From NCBI GenBank assembly GCA_900319975.1, contig ONQP01000003.1, forward strand, positions 13,257-77,256: DNA of 64,000 nucleotides, written 5' to 3'. The stretch is from an uncultured Bacteroidales bacterium (GTDB lineage: Bacteria > Bacteroidota > Bacteroidia > Bacteroidales > UBA932). Shown piece by piece: positions 10,701 through 19,467 of this stretch. Both the position numbers and the translations under genes were made by a program. The notes beneath the pieces are model-generated. The model had not been told where the DNA came from, did not search any database, and saw only the letters and a list, made by a program, of their open reading frames with translations. Within the stretch, counting starts at the first letter, position 1. Every line of letters begins with the position of its first letter.

Positions 10701-10916
10701 GAAGAAGACGCGGTCGCCCTCGATCAGCGGATACAGGTCGGCGGCGCAGTACTCGGCCGCCTCCCGGTTGGGAAGGACGACCACGTGCACGCCTTTGTCC
10801 GCCACCTGGGACAGGACGAACCAGCGGGCAGACAAAAAGAGCCCGCGGCAGAATACTTCCCTTGCGGTTTTTATTCTGTCGCGCAGGCACTCCGAAGATT
10901 TCGAACTTATCAACAT
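7734..10916 (-). CDS. mfd: Transcription-repair coupling factor
   Basis: GDYVVHIDHGVG (CarD-like), CGDVGFGKTE, DEEQKFG, TATPIPRT, QLRGRVGR, TRCF C-terminus. Confidence 0.98.
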   Translation of the reverse strand: MLISSKSSECLRDRIKTAREVFCRGLFLSARWFVLSQVADKGVHVVVLPNREAAEYCAADLYPLIEGDRVFFLPESGRSVERSNYKSSLGVQRTAAIGKLLEAGRDLLVIVTYPEALAEEIPTTQTIRESVFRIQEGQEISHADIIKTLSGRGFEKVDFVSAPGQYAIRGSIVDIFSFSENFPFRISFWGNEIESIHSFDCNTQLSKDKVSAAEIISDVVGGGEVQGQPLSDLFPKDSLLWLDSSDMYFRESFFPALEKFRRVYIDAPLSYAGDDFVYFQISPQPTFNKNFELLTEDIRKHLENGYRVLIYGEKEQQLERVRSILSQNGGLLPEFVSGKNIHNGFIDAQDKVCCYSDHEIFDRFHRVALRRTVEKSEQLTVNDLNSFNIGDYVVHIDHGVGVFGGLVRLRDDFGRMREVVKITYKDGDVVFVSVHALHKISRFRSRDGEAPRINKLGSKSWVTLKSNAKSKVKDIAKDLIQLYAKRRASKGFAFSADTYLQEELESSFMYEDTPDQETATAAVKRDMEDTCPMDRLICGDVGFGKTEIAVRAAFKAVCDSKQVAVLVPTTILALQHFNTFKNRLQNLPCNIDYVSRLRTAKEIADIKKRLAAGQIDVLIGTHKILSKDFAFKDLGLLIIDEEQKFGVAAKEKLRTLKASVDTLTLTATPIPRTLQFSLLGARDLSIINTPPPNRIPVQTEIILFDEKEIRSIVNYELNRGGQVFFLHNKVEELPAIHDILHRLIPDMKICVAHGQMEAKELEGKMLDFMRGDYDMMLCTTLIENGLDIPNANTILINQAQNFGLSDLHQLRGRVGRSNKKAFCYLIVPPLVSITDDARRRLKAIEEFSDLGSGFNIAMQDLDIRGAGNLLGAEQSGFITDMGFETYQKILAEAMEELGVETGIVARNDRGKFVTECTIETDQPALISDDYIDVTAEKIRIYRTIDAMSSDKEIDRYANMLADRFGALPAELENLFEVVKIRNLGAALGFEKVIVKNGLLIAFFIANPMSPYYKSDTFATILEKTAGMPRYELKQTENKLKIVVRNVPSLKEARTVLSKLR

Positions 10917-10931
10917 GCTCTGCCGAAAAGC

Positions 10932-11150
10932 GGTTGAAAACTATGTTGAAATCCTGTTCGCCCGGTCTTCCCGGCGGTGGAAAAAACAAGCCGCCCGGTT
11001 TTCAACGGGAGAAAAAACAGTGTTTCAACAGACTTTTCAACGAACTTCTATCTTATTAAATATTTGATACATAATGGCTTTGTTGAATTATGAACATTTC
11101 AACACACCATTATAAAACATCAAATTATCAAAATAAAAGAGTTATATTTG
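10932..11150. other. Candidate replication origin (oriC): cluster of DnaA-box-like 9-mers plus AT-rich tract
   Basis: Eight TTTTCAACA-like boxes in both orientations (10932-11104) and a strongly AT-rich stretch at 11045-11160 in a GC-rich background. Confidence 0.55.
11143..11150 (+). promoter_or_regulatory. Bacteroidetes -7 promoter element for ruvB
   Basis: TATATTTG matches TAnnTTTG, 22 nt before the ATG. Confidence 0.65.
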
Positions 11151-11172
11151 TATTCTGATTGTCAAGGCCCCT

Positions 11173-12195
11173 ATGCAGGAATTCGACCCTCATAACGCAA
11201 ACGACTGCAAAGATAAAGATTTGGACGGAATTATCCGGCCCCAGGAGCTGGAAGATTTCACCGGACAGGGTGAAATCGTGTCCCGTCTCCGCGTCTATAT
11301 CCAGGCAGCCAAGATGCGCGGCGAGTCGCTGGACCACACGCTTTTCCACGGCCCTCCGGGTCTGGGCAAGACGACGCTGGCACACATCATCGCCAACGAG
11401 ATGGGGGTCAACATGAAGATCACTTCCGGTCCCGTCCTGGACCGTCCCGGCGACTTGGCCGGCCTGCTGACTTCCCTGGAGGAGGGCGACGTGCTCTTCA
11501 TCGACGAGATCCACCGCCTGGCTCCGGAAGTGGAGGAGTACCTCTACTCCGCGATGGAGGACTACGTGATCGACATCATGATCGACAAGGGCCCGGGCGC
11601 CCGTTCCGTACGCATTTCCCTGAATCCCTTCACGCTCGTGGGCGCCACGACCCGCGCGGGCCTGCTGACGGCGCCGCTCCGGGCGCGTTTCGGCATCACC
11701 GAAGGGCTGGAATACTATGACACCGAGGACCTGGTGCGCATCGTCAAGCGCAGCGCCGGGATCCTGAAGGTGGAGATCGAGCCGGAGGCTGCCCGCGAGA
11801 TCGCGCTCCGCAGCCGCGGCACGCCGCGTATCGCCAACTCGCTGCTGCGCCGCGTGCGCGACTTCGCGCAGGTGATGGGCGACGGCCACATCGACCTCAA
11901 GATCGCCCGCTACGCGCTGGACAAGCTCAACATCGACAAGCGCGGCCTGGACGCGATAGACAACAAGATCCTCCGGACCATCATCACCACCTTCAAGGGC
12001 GGTCCGGTCGGCGCCAACACCCTGGCCACGGCCATCGGCGAGGACCAGGGCACATTCGAAGAAGTTTACGAGCCTTTCCTGATCAAGGAAGGCTTCATCG
12101 TACGCACCCAGCGTGGCCGTGTGGCCACGGAGCTCTCCTACAAGCACATGGGCTTGGATCCATACGACAGCAACGCCGCCGGCTCGCTGTTCTGA
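11173..12195 (+). CDS. ruvB: Holliday junction branch migration helicase RuvB
   Basis: [44 protein letters not shown]. Confidence 0.98.
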   Translation: MQEFDPHNANDCKDKDLDGIIRPQELEDFTGQGEIVSRLRVYIQAAKMRGESLDHTLFHGPPGLGKTTLAHIIANEMGVNMKITSGPVLDRPGDLAGLLTSLEEGDVLFIDEIHRLAPEVEEYLYSAMEDYVIDIMIDKGPGARSVRISLNPFTLVGATTRAGLLTAPLRARFGITEGLEYYDTEDLVRIVKRSAGILKVEIEPEAAREIALRSRGTPRIANSLLRRVRDFAQVMGDGHIDLKIARYALDKLNIDKRGLDAIDNKILRTIITTFKGGPVGANTLATAIGEDQGTFEEVYEPFLIKEGFIVRTQRGRVATELSYKHMGLDPYDSNAAGSLF

Positions 12196-12230
12196 TGCAA
12201 TGAAATAACAATAAATACAAACACCTAACA

Positions 12231-14031
12231 ATGTCAGACAAGTTAAATTCCAAAATTCCTGCAGGACCCCTTGAGAGCAAATGGACCCGGCGCAAGTCGG
12301 AAATCCGTCTCGTGAGTCCCAACAACAAGAGAAAGCTTGAGATCATCGTGGTCGGTACCGGTCTCGGCGGCGCGTCTGCAGCCGCCTCCCTGGGCGAACT
12401 CGGCTACAACGTCAAGATTTTCTGCATCAGCGACAGCCCTCGCCGCGCGCACTCCATCGCCGCGCAGGGCGGTATCAACGCTGCCAAGAACTATCAGAAT
12501 GACAACGACTCTGTCTATCGTCTGTTCTACGACACCATCAAGGGTGGCGACTACCGCGCCCGCGAGGCCAACGTCTACCGTCTGGCCGAGGTGAGCGCCG
12601 CCATCATCGACCAGTGCGTCGCGCAGGGCATTCCTTTCGCCCGTGAGTACGGCGGATACCTCGCCAACCGCTCCTTCGGCGGCGTGCAGGTGAGCCGTAC
12701 GTTCTACGCCCGCGGCCAAACCGGCCAGCAGCTCCTCCTGGGTGCGTATGCTTCCCTGAACAAGGAGATTGCGAACGGCAGCGTCAAGTCCTACCCGCGC
12801 CACGAGATGCTCGACCTGGTGATCGTCAACGGCCAGGCCAAGGGCATCATCGCCCGTAACCTCGTCACCGGCCAGCTGGAGCGCTTCGGCGCCCACGCCG
12901 TCGTGATTGCGACGGGCGGCTACGGCAATACCTATTTCCTCTCCACCAACGCCATGAACAGCAACGGTTCCGCCGCGATGCAGTGCTACCGCAAGGGCGC
13001 CTTCTTCGGCAACCCGTGCTTCGCGCAGATCCACCCGACCTGTATCCCGGTCCACGGCGACCAGCAGTGCAAGCTCACCCTGATGAGCGAGTCCCTGCGC
13101 AACGACGGCCGTATCTGGGTCCCGAAGAAGCTGGAGGACGTGGAGAAGCTCCGCAAGCACGAAATCAAGGCCTCCCAGATCCCTGAGGAGGATCGTGACT
13201 ACTATCTCGAGCGCCGCTACCCGGCCTTCGGCAACCTCGTCCCGCGCGACGTGGCTTCCCGTGCCGCCAAGGAGCGCTCGGCCACCAGCGTGTCGCCGAG
13301 CGTTACGGCAACCTCTTCGACATGTATGAGAAGATCACCGCCAGCTCCCCCTGGGAGGAGCCGATGATGATCTATCCCGCCATCCACTACACGATGGGCG
13401 GCATCTGGGTCGACTACGACCTGCAGACCACCATCCCGGGCCTCTACGCCATCGGCGAGGCCAATTTCTCCGACCACGGCGGCAACCGCCTCGGCGCTTC
13501 CGCGCTGATGCAGGGCCTCGCGGACGGCTACTTCGTGTTGCCGGTCACGATCGGCGACTACCTCTCCTACAAGTTTGCCGAGCCCAAGACGGATGTCAAC
13601 ACCAAGGAGTTCGACGACGCCGAGAAGGCCGTCCAGGCCCGTATCGACCGCCTTTTCTCCATCAAGGGCAAGCAGACCGTAGATTCCATCCACAAGCGCC
13701 TGGGCAACATCATGTGGGACTACGTGGGCATGGCCCGCGACGAGGCCGGCCTCAAGAAGGCCATCGCCGACATCAAGGCCCTCAAGAAGGAGTTCTACGA
13801 GGATGTCAACGTCCCCGGCAGCCAGTTTGAATTCAACCAGGAGCTCGAGAAGGCCCTCCGCCTGGAGGATTTCTTCGACATCGGCGAACTGATGGCGCGC
13901 GATGCGCTCAACCGTACCGAGTCCTGCGGCGGCCACTTCCGTGTGGAGAGCCAGACCGAGGAGGGCGAGGCCAAGCGCGACGACTCAAGTATGAGTTTAT
14001 CGAGGTGAAAACGAGAAATTACAAAGACTAA
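12231..14031 (+). pseudogene. sdhA: Succinate dehydrogenase/fumarate reductase flavoprotein subunit, broken by two short deletions with frameshifts (near 13278 and 13984); probably an assembly artefact
   Basis: [24 protein letters not shown], then HYTMGG and HGGNRLG in another frame; terminal [15 protein letters not shown] lies out of frame after 13984. Confidence 0.85.
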
Positions 14032-14036
14032 GCGAG

Positions 14037-14816
14037 ATGGAATTCAATCTGAAAATATGGCGTCAGAAGAACGCCAAGACCCCGGGTCATTTCGAGACCT
14101 ACCATATTGCCGGCATTGAGGAGGACGCCTCCTTCCTGGAGATGCTCGATATCCTCAATGAGCAGCTCATCCGCGAGGGTTGCGACCCTGTGGCGGTGGA
14201 GCGCGGCTGCCAGAGCAGCGGTCCCGTGTCGTTCGACCACGACTGCCGCGAGGGCATCTGTGGCGCCTGCGGCCTCTATATCGACGGCCGCGCCCACGGT
14301 CCGGACAACCACGTGACGACCTGCCAGCTGTTCATGCGCCACTTCAAGGACGGCGCCACCATCACGGTGGAGCCCTGGCGCAGCGCCGGTTTCCCGATCA
14401 TCAAGGACCTGGTGGTCAACCGCTCCGCGTTCGACCAGATCCTCCAGGCCGGCGGCTTCATCTCCGTGCGCACCGGTTCCGCGCAGGATGCCAACAACAT
14501 CCTGATCCCGCACGACCGTGCCGAGGAGAGCATGGACGCGGCCGCCTGCGTCGGTTGCGGCGCCTGCGTCGCTACGTGTAAGAACGGCTCCGCGATGCTG
14601 TTTGTCGCGGCCCGCGTGAGCTCCCTCGCCCTGCTTCCGCAGGGCCGTCCGGAAGCGCACCGCCGCGCCAAGGCGATGGTCGCCAAGATGGACGAACTCG
14701 GCTTCGGCAACTGCACCAACACGCGTGCCTGCGAGCTGGAGTGCCCGAAGGGCATCAACGTCTCGCACATCGCCCGCCTGAACCGCGAGTTCCTCAAGGC
14801 GAAGTTCTCCGACTAA
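14037..14816 (+). CDS. sdhB: Succinate dehydrogenase/fumarate reductase iron-sulfur subunit
   Basis: [36 protein letters not shown]. Confidence 0.96.
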   Translation: MEFNLKIWRQKNAKTPGHFETYHIAGIEEDASFLEMLDILNEQLIREGCDPVAVERGCQSSGPVSFDHDCREGICGACGLYIDGRAHGPDNHVTTCQLFMRHFKDGATITVEPWRSAGFPIIKDLVVNRSAFDQILQAGGFISVRTGSAQDANNILIPHDRAEESMDAAACVGCGACVATCKNGSAMLFVAARVSSLALLPQGRPEAHRRAKAMVAKMDELGFGNCTNTRACELECPKGINVSHIARLNREFLKAKFSD

Positions 14817-14845
14817 GCATCCTTTCCGACGCGATTGGAAATCAT

Positions 14846-14879
14846 AAAAAGAGCAGCACCGTCAAGTGCTGCTCTTTTT
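14846..14879. terminator. Bidirectional intrinsic terminator
   Basis: AAAAAGAGCAGCAC / GTGCTGCTCTTTTT perfect inverted repeat between convergent genes. Confidence 0.9.
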
Positions 14880-14886
14880 TCGTTGT

Positions 14887-17064
14887 TTACAAGGCGATTT
14901 TGACGCCGAAAACGACTCGTCTGGTAGAAGGATTTATCGGAAAATCCATGCCTAAATAATCCCAGTTCAGCGTGTATTCCGGATCGCTTCCCGGATACCT
15001 GGTGAACAGGATGAAATTCTCCAGCGAAGCGAACAGGTCGATATTGGCAACTTTCAACGGCAGGGAGTAATCCAGCCGGATCTGGTCGATCCGGAAGAAA
15101 GAAGCGTCGAACAGCATCGCGGAAGACTGACGGTAGGAATCGCTTGCTTGAAAATAGTAATATGTTTTATCGTTTAAGAAATGTCGTCTCAGACCATCCT
15201 GTTCACTTCCGTGCATGACAGATTGTCCGAAGTTTCCGTGTCCCAGGATGCTGAGCTGCCAGTTCTTCCAGGATACATACCCGTGCAGACCCAGGACGGC
15301 AGTAGGGAACATGCCATTTCCGCAGGCTTCCTTTTCTTGTCCCAAAATCGGAGAATTGTCGGTCGGATCGACTCCCTTCATCGGATATAACCAGGCGATT
15401 CCGACAGGATACCCCTCCCGAACGCTAAATAGGGTGCTATAGTTATATGAAGTGAGGTTATTGAACATTTTCGTGACCCTGTTCCGGTAGAGCGTCAGCG
15501 AGGGATCCAAGCCGAAAACGAAGTCGTTCACAGCGTAAGACCATCTTGCAGAGAGTTCCAAACCGAGGTTACGGACAGAGACTTGGTCATCATAGTTCAG
15601 AACGTAATAGTTGTCACTGTCCCAAAAACCGTTGATTCGGGCATGGACTGAATTTCCTCCGATCTGGAAACCGGCTTCCGCGCCGGCATTCAGGCGGGAA
15701 TAACCCGCAGAGCTGAGCGAGATAGGAAGAAGGTCCCGATAATTATACCTGTCAGTACGAGTGACGAAGTGATAAGCGTGGCTCCAGGAACCGAATACTT
15801 CCCATTCTTTTCCGGGTTTAAAGCGGATATTGGCGGCGAGAGCCGGCTTCTGGAGCCGGTCGTCCATATGACCCTTATACTGTCTCTTGTATAGCCCGAA
15901 ATCGGCAAACAGGCGCTTGTTCCAGTCGTAACGCAGACGGATGGAATAGTCGGTTAGCGTATCCCTGTATTGTATATATCTCGTTGAGCTCACCTGTTCT
16001 CCGGAGAGATAGTCCTGCCGTTTGATGGTCGCGTCCAGACCGGCGCTGTGCTTTCCAAACGTACGGGAATATCCAAGATCCAGTCCGTATTGATGCAAGT
16101 TCCATTCGTGCCTCTTGGCATCATTCCGGTCCTGGCTGATTCCATAGAAAGGGCGGACATACAATCCGTCAATGGGGCGGAATTCCACTTTCCCTTGTGC
16201 CGAGAAAGCCGTATTCTGGAGATTCTCGACCGAAAACGCGCCCAACGGGTCCGCAGCTCCGTATTCCGGCGGGACAGGTTGGTTGTAAAGAATGGTTACC
16301 AAAGCCTGCTGATAGTTTTTGTCCGACTTGCCGCCAGCGGCGGAAACCTCCACGTCGAGCCATTTCAACGGCCGGTAAGCGATCCGCGCGGAGCCTGAAT
16401 AGCGCCGGTGGTTGTCCACTTTCCCTTCGAGCGGTCCGTCATTGTCCAGATAGTCCAGATTGGCGGCCACATCCAGTTTGTCCGTCTTCGACTGCAGGCT
16501 CACGTGGTGGGTCTGGGCAAAGGAGGTGCCGGTCCGGTTGAGATTATAGGGGTTTTGCGTGCAGTTTTTCATCGAAGGATAGGACGCCTGCCATTCCTGC
16601 AGCGAGATTTGTTCCGGCTCCCAGGCGAGCTGATGGACGGCTCCCGAGAAGCTGTATGACGCATGGAATCCTTTCTGCGTAGCAGCGCGGGTCGTAACGA
16701 CAATGGCGCCGCAGGACGCTTCCGGACCAAAGCGCAGGACGGCGTCGCCTCCGGAAAGGACCTCGATGCTGCCGATGGATTCCGGCGCCAGGAAATTCAG
16801 GTCGCTGACCAGGACGCCATCGACATAGAAAGCGGGATTCTTCGTGTAGGGATGGAATCCGTGGACATAGACGGACGGAATCATCGCGGGTGCTCCTACG
16901 GAGGAAACAGCCACCACGCCGGGTGTCTGTCCGATCAGTTTTTCCCGAACGTCGGTGATGTAGCAGTCTTTTCGATCCGTCGCCGTCGTGTCTGTCTGCG
17001 CAAATGCCGGGCTTCCGGACAATAGCGGGAGAAGGGAGAGAATCAGAAATTTTACGTGTTTCAT
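14887..17064 (-). CDS. Short SusC-like TonB-dependent receptor (orphan, 725 aa)
   Basis: Signal peptide; plug motif SIEVL..GD...FG....GAIVVTT; SusC-type C-terminus DASFFRI...ENF.LFTRYPGSDPE...P..RR..FG. Confidence 0.8.
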   Translation of the reverse strand: MKHVKFLILSLLPLLSGSPAFAQTDTTATDRKDCYITDVREKLIGQTPGVVAVSSVGAPAMIPSVYVHGFHPYTKNPAFYVDGVLVSDLNFLAPESIGSIEVLSGGDAVLRFGPEASCGAIVVTTRAATQKGFHASYSFSGAVHQLAWEPEQISLQEWQASYPSMKNCTQNPYNLNRTGTSFAQTHHVSLQSKTDKLDVAANLDYLDNDGPLEGKVDNHRRYSGSARIAYRPLKWLDVEVSAAGGKSDKNYQQALVTILYNQPVPPEYGAADPLGAFSVENLQNTAFSAQGKVEFRPIDGLYVRPFYGISQDRNDAKRHEWNLHQYGLDLGYSRTFGKHSAGLDATIKRQDYLSGEQVSSTRYIQYRDTLTDYSIRLRYDWNKRLFADFGLYKRQYKGHMDDRLQKPALAANIRFKPGKEWEVFGSWSHAYHFVTRTDRYNYRDLLPISLSSAGYSRLNAGAEAGFQIGGNSVHARINGFWDSDNYYVLNYDDQVSVRNLGLELSARWSYAVNDFVFGLDPSLTLYRNRVTKMFNNLTSYNYSTLFSVREGYPVGIAWLYPMKGVDPTDNSPILGQEKEACGNGMFPTAVLGLHGYVSWKNWQLSILGHGNFGQSVMHGSEQDGLRRHFLNDKTYYYFQASDSYRQSSAMLFDASFFRIDQIRLDYSLPLKVANIDLFASLENFILFTRYPGSDPEYTLNWDYLGMDFPINPSTRRVVFGVKIAL

Positions 17065-17089
17065 AGTATTTTATTTATGAGGTAGTATT

Positions 17090-18196
17090 CTATTTTTGAG
17101 GCAGGGCCTTCGTGATGTTCCGGTAGCCGAAGTCCAGGCCGGCTGAAAGGCTGATCGTCGGCGCGAGCAATTTCTGGGGGGCTGCATACATTTCATCGAC
17201 GGAGAGCCGGAAATGAAGGGACATATCGCGCAGCTGCGGCTTCCTCGCGACGAAGTTCATCGTCTTCTGCAGGGGAACGATGACGTCGACCCCTTGCGAC
17301 AGGGTAATGCCCCCGAAGGCGACGTGTGCCATGATGTCGCCGTGTTTCCAGCAAGAATAACCGGCTCCGCCGGAGAGATAAACCCCTCCTTCTTTGATGG
17401 GGAATAACCTACCGCAGTACCGGGCCATAAGTCCGATATGTGCACCCTGGACCCCAATGGCGGAAACCCTGAAGGGGTTGAAATTGCTTAAATCCAGGCC
17501 CGTGTGTCCAACGGTGAGTTCTGCGGAAAAGAGGCTCTTTCCTTCCCTGTGCCCGTATCCGGCACGGAAACCGACGGCGGGGCCGAAGTGGTTGGCGAGT
17601 TCTCCCGTCGGAATGACGTCCACAAGGGAAATGATCGCGTCGGACGACCCTTTCTCTATCTGGCAGGGGACTTTGGAGATGTCGAACGGTTCACGGGAAA
17701 CGTGATAATCTTCATAGGATTTGCCGTTTTTGCAGGCTTCGAGCGCAGCGCGGTAGCCGTCGATATAGACAACCTCGGGAAGATGGTGCTTTTTATCGGT
17801 TCCGAAATAGGCGTCGTGTTGATTGGTCAGCTCGGGGCTGGAATGGAAGAGATAATCGGTCCTGTAGCGTTCGGCAAAATACTGCAACAGGTCAAACTCC
17901 TTCTGGAGCCGCTGCAGGTTTTCGTCTGTGTCTTTTCCTGTCTGCACCCAGCATTGCCCGGTATCCAATGCGGCGGAGACATCCATGTATTTATAAAGGA
18001 TGCCGTCGATTTTGACCTTTTTGTTCTCCTTGGAAAAGGAGAAGGTGGCCTTGTACGGGTCCGTCTGGGTAGAATCGACGCGCTGGAAGCGTTCCCAGGT
18101 CAAAGGGCCGTCCGTCCAGCGCAGAATGCCCTGCGCGTTGCCGCAAAGGGCTCCTGTCAGGAAAAGAGATGCGAAACAAAATCTTAGAGCTTTCAT
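17090..18196 (-). CDS. Hypothetical exported protein, probable C-terminal beta-barrel
   Basis: Signal peptide; N-terminal W..GPLTW..F motif; Gly/aromatic alternating strands in the C-terminal half; starts 22 nt after the hflX stop. Confidence 0.7.
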   Translation of the reverse strand: MKALRFCFASLFLTGALCGNAQGILRWTDGPLTWERFQRVDSTQTDPYKATFSFSKENKKVKIDGILYKYMDVSAALDTGQCWVQTGKDTDENLQRLQKEFDLLQYFAERYRTDYLFHSSPELTNQHDAYFGTDKKHHLPEVVYIDGYRAALEACKNGKSYEDYHVSREPFDISKVPCQIEKGSSDAIISLVDVIPTGELANHFGPAVGFRAGYGHREGKSLFSAELTVGHTGLDLSNFNPFRVSAIGVQGAHIGLMARYCGRLFPIKEGGVYLSGGAGYSCWKHGDIMAHVAFGGITLSQGVDVIVPLQKTMNFVARKPQLRDMSLHFRLSVDEMYAAPQKLLAPTISLSAGLDFGYRNITKALPQK

Positions 18197-18217
18197 AGTG
18201 TCGTACTGTTGCTTGAA

Positions 18218-19402
18218 TTACCAGAGGAAGTTGTTGAAGGGGTAGCGTCCGGCGTGGATCTCAGCGACCATCTTGTAGATGTCGTCGCGGAGCTTGTCGA
18301 TGTTCTCCTTCTTGATGGCGGAGATGAAGATGCAGGGGATCTTGCGGCCGTTGATCCATTTGGCCTTGACCTCGTCCAGGGTGAAATTCTTCTCGGTCTT
18401 GGGCTCCAGGGAGAATTCGTCGTAGGGTTCGTAGGTGTAGGCGTCCGTCTTGTTGAAGACCACGTAGACGGGCTTGTCGGCGGCCGAAATGTCTTTCAGG
18501 GTCTTGTCCACGACCTCCATCTGCTCTTCATAGTCGGGGTGCGAGATGTCCACCACGTGCACGAGGATGTCGGCCTCCCGGACCTCGTCGAGCGTGCTCT
18601 TGAAGGCCTCGATGAGCTGCGTAGGCAGCTTGCGGATGAATCCGACGGTGTCGCTGAGCAGGAAGGGGACGTTGCCGATGACGACCTTGCGGACGGTGGT
18701 GTCGAGGGTGGCGAAGAGTTTGTTCTCGGCGAAGACGTCCGACTTGGAGAGGAGGTTCATCAGCGTGGATTTGCCGACGTTGGTGTAGCCGACGAGCGAA
18801 AGGCGCACCAGCTGCCCGCGGTTGCTGCGTTGGGTGGCCATCTGCTTGTCCACCTTCTTGAGCTGCTCCTTGAGCTTGGAGATGCGCTCGCGCACGATGC
18901 GGCGGTCCACCTCGATCTGGGTCTCGCCCATACCGCCGCGCGTGCCCATGCCGCCGCGCTGGCGCTCCAGGTGGGTCCACATGCCCGCCAGGCGGGGGAG
19001 CATATAGTTGTAGTGCGCCAGCTCGACCTGCGTCTTGGCATAGGCCGTCTGGGCGCGCTGGGAGAAGATTTCGAGGATCAGGCTGGTCCGGTCGATGACG
19101 GCGGCGGTCGTGATCACCTTCTCGATGTTGCGCTGCTGCATGCCCGTCAGTTCGTCGTCGAAGATGACGTAGTCGATGTGGTTCTCCTCGACGTATTCCG
19201 CGATCTCCTTGAGCTTGCCGCTGCGGATATAGGTGGCCTTGTCGGGACGGTCCACGTGCTGGACGAACTGTTTGTCGCCCTTCGCGCCGGCCGTCTCTGC
19301 CAGGAACTGCAGTTCGTCCAGGTATTCGAGGATCTTGCGTTCGTCGTCGTCCTGCTTGACGATGCCTACGAAGACCGCTTTTTCTTCTCTCAGATTCTCC
19401 AT
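18218..19402 (-). CDS. hflX: Ribosome-splitting GTPase HflX
   Basis: GMGETQIEVDRR, GYTNVGKST, LFATLDTT, DTVGFI, NKTD. Confidence 0.98.
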   Translation of the reverse strand: MENLREEKAVFVGIVKQDDDERKILEYLDELQFLAETAGAKGDKQFVQHVDRPDKATYIRSGKLKEIAEYVEENHIDYVIFDDELTGMQQRNIEKVITTAAVIDRTSLILEIFSQRAQTAYAKTQVELAHYNYMLPRLAGMWTHLERQRGGMGTRGGMGETQIEVDRRIVRERISKLKEQLKKVDKQMATQRSNRGQLVRLSLVGYTNVGKSTLMNLLSKSDVFAENKLFATLDTTVRKVVIGNVPFLLSDTVGFIRKLPTQLIEAFKSTLDEVREADILVHVVDISHPDYEEQMEVVDKTLKDISAADKPVYVVFNKTDAYTYEPYDEFSLEPKTEKNFTLDEVKAKWINGRKIPCIFISAIKKENIDKLRDDIYKMVAEIHAGRYPFNNFLW

Positions 19403-19414
19403 ATTCTTTCAGCG

Positions 19415-19445
19415 AAAAGAGGCCATCCGCGTACGGACGGCCTCT
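19415..19445 (-). terminator. Hairpin / intrinsic terminator after tonB
   Basis: AGAGGCCGTCCG-tacg-CGGATGGCCTCT followed by a T-run on the minus strand. Confidence 0.7.
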
Positions 19446-19467
19446 ATAAAACTCAAGATGCTTAGGA

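Noticed and set aside
13270-13330. Programmed ribosomal frameshifting in sdhA or glyQS
   Set aside because: No slippery site, and conserved coding sequence is missing altogether, which a frameshift cannot restore.
14887-18196. Lower-GC islet as a mobile element
   Set aside because: No integrase, transposase, terminal repeats or tRNA target seen.
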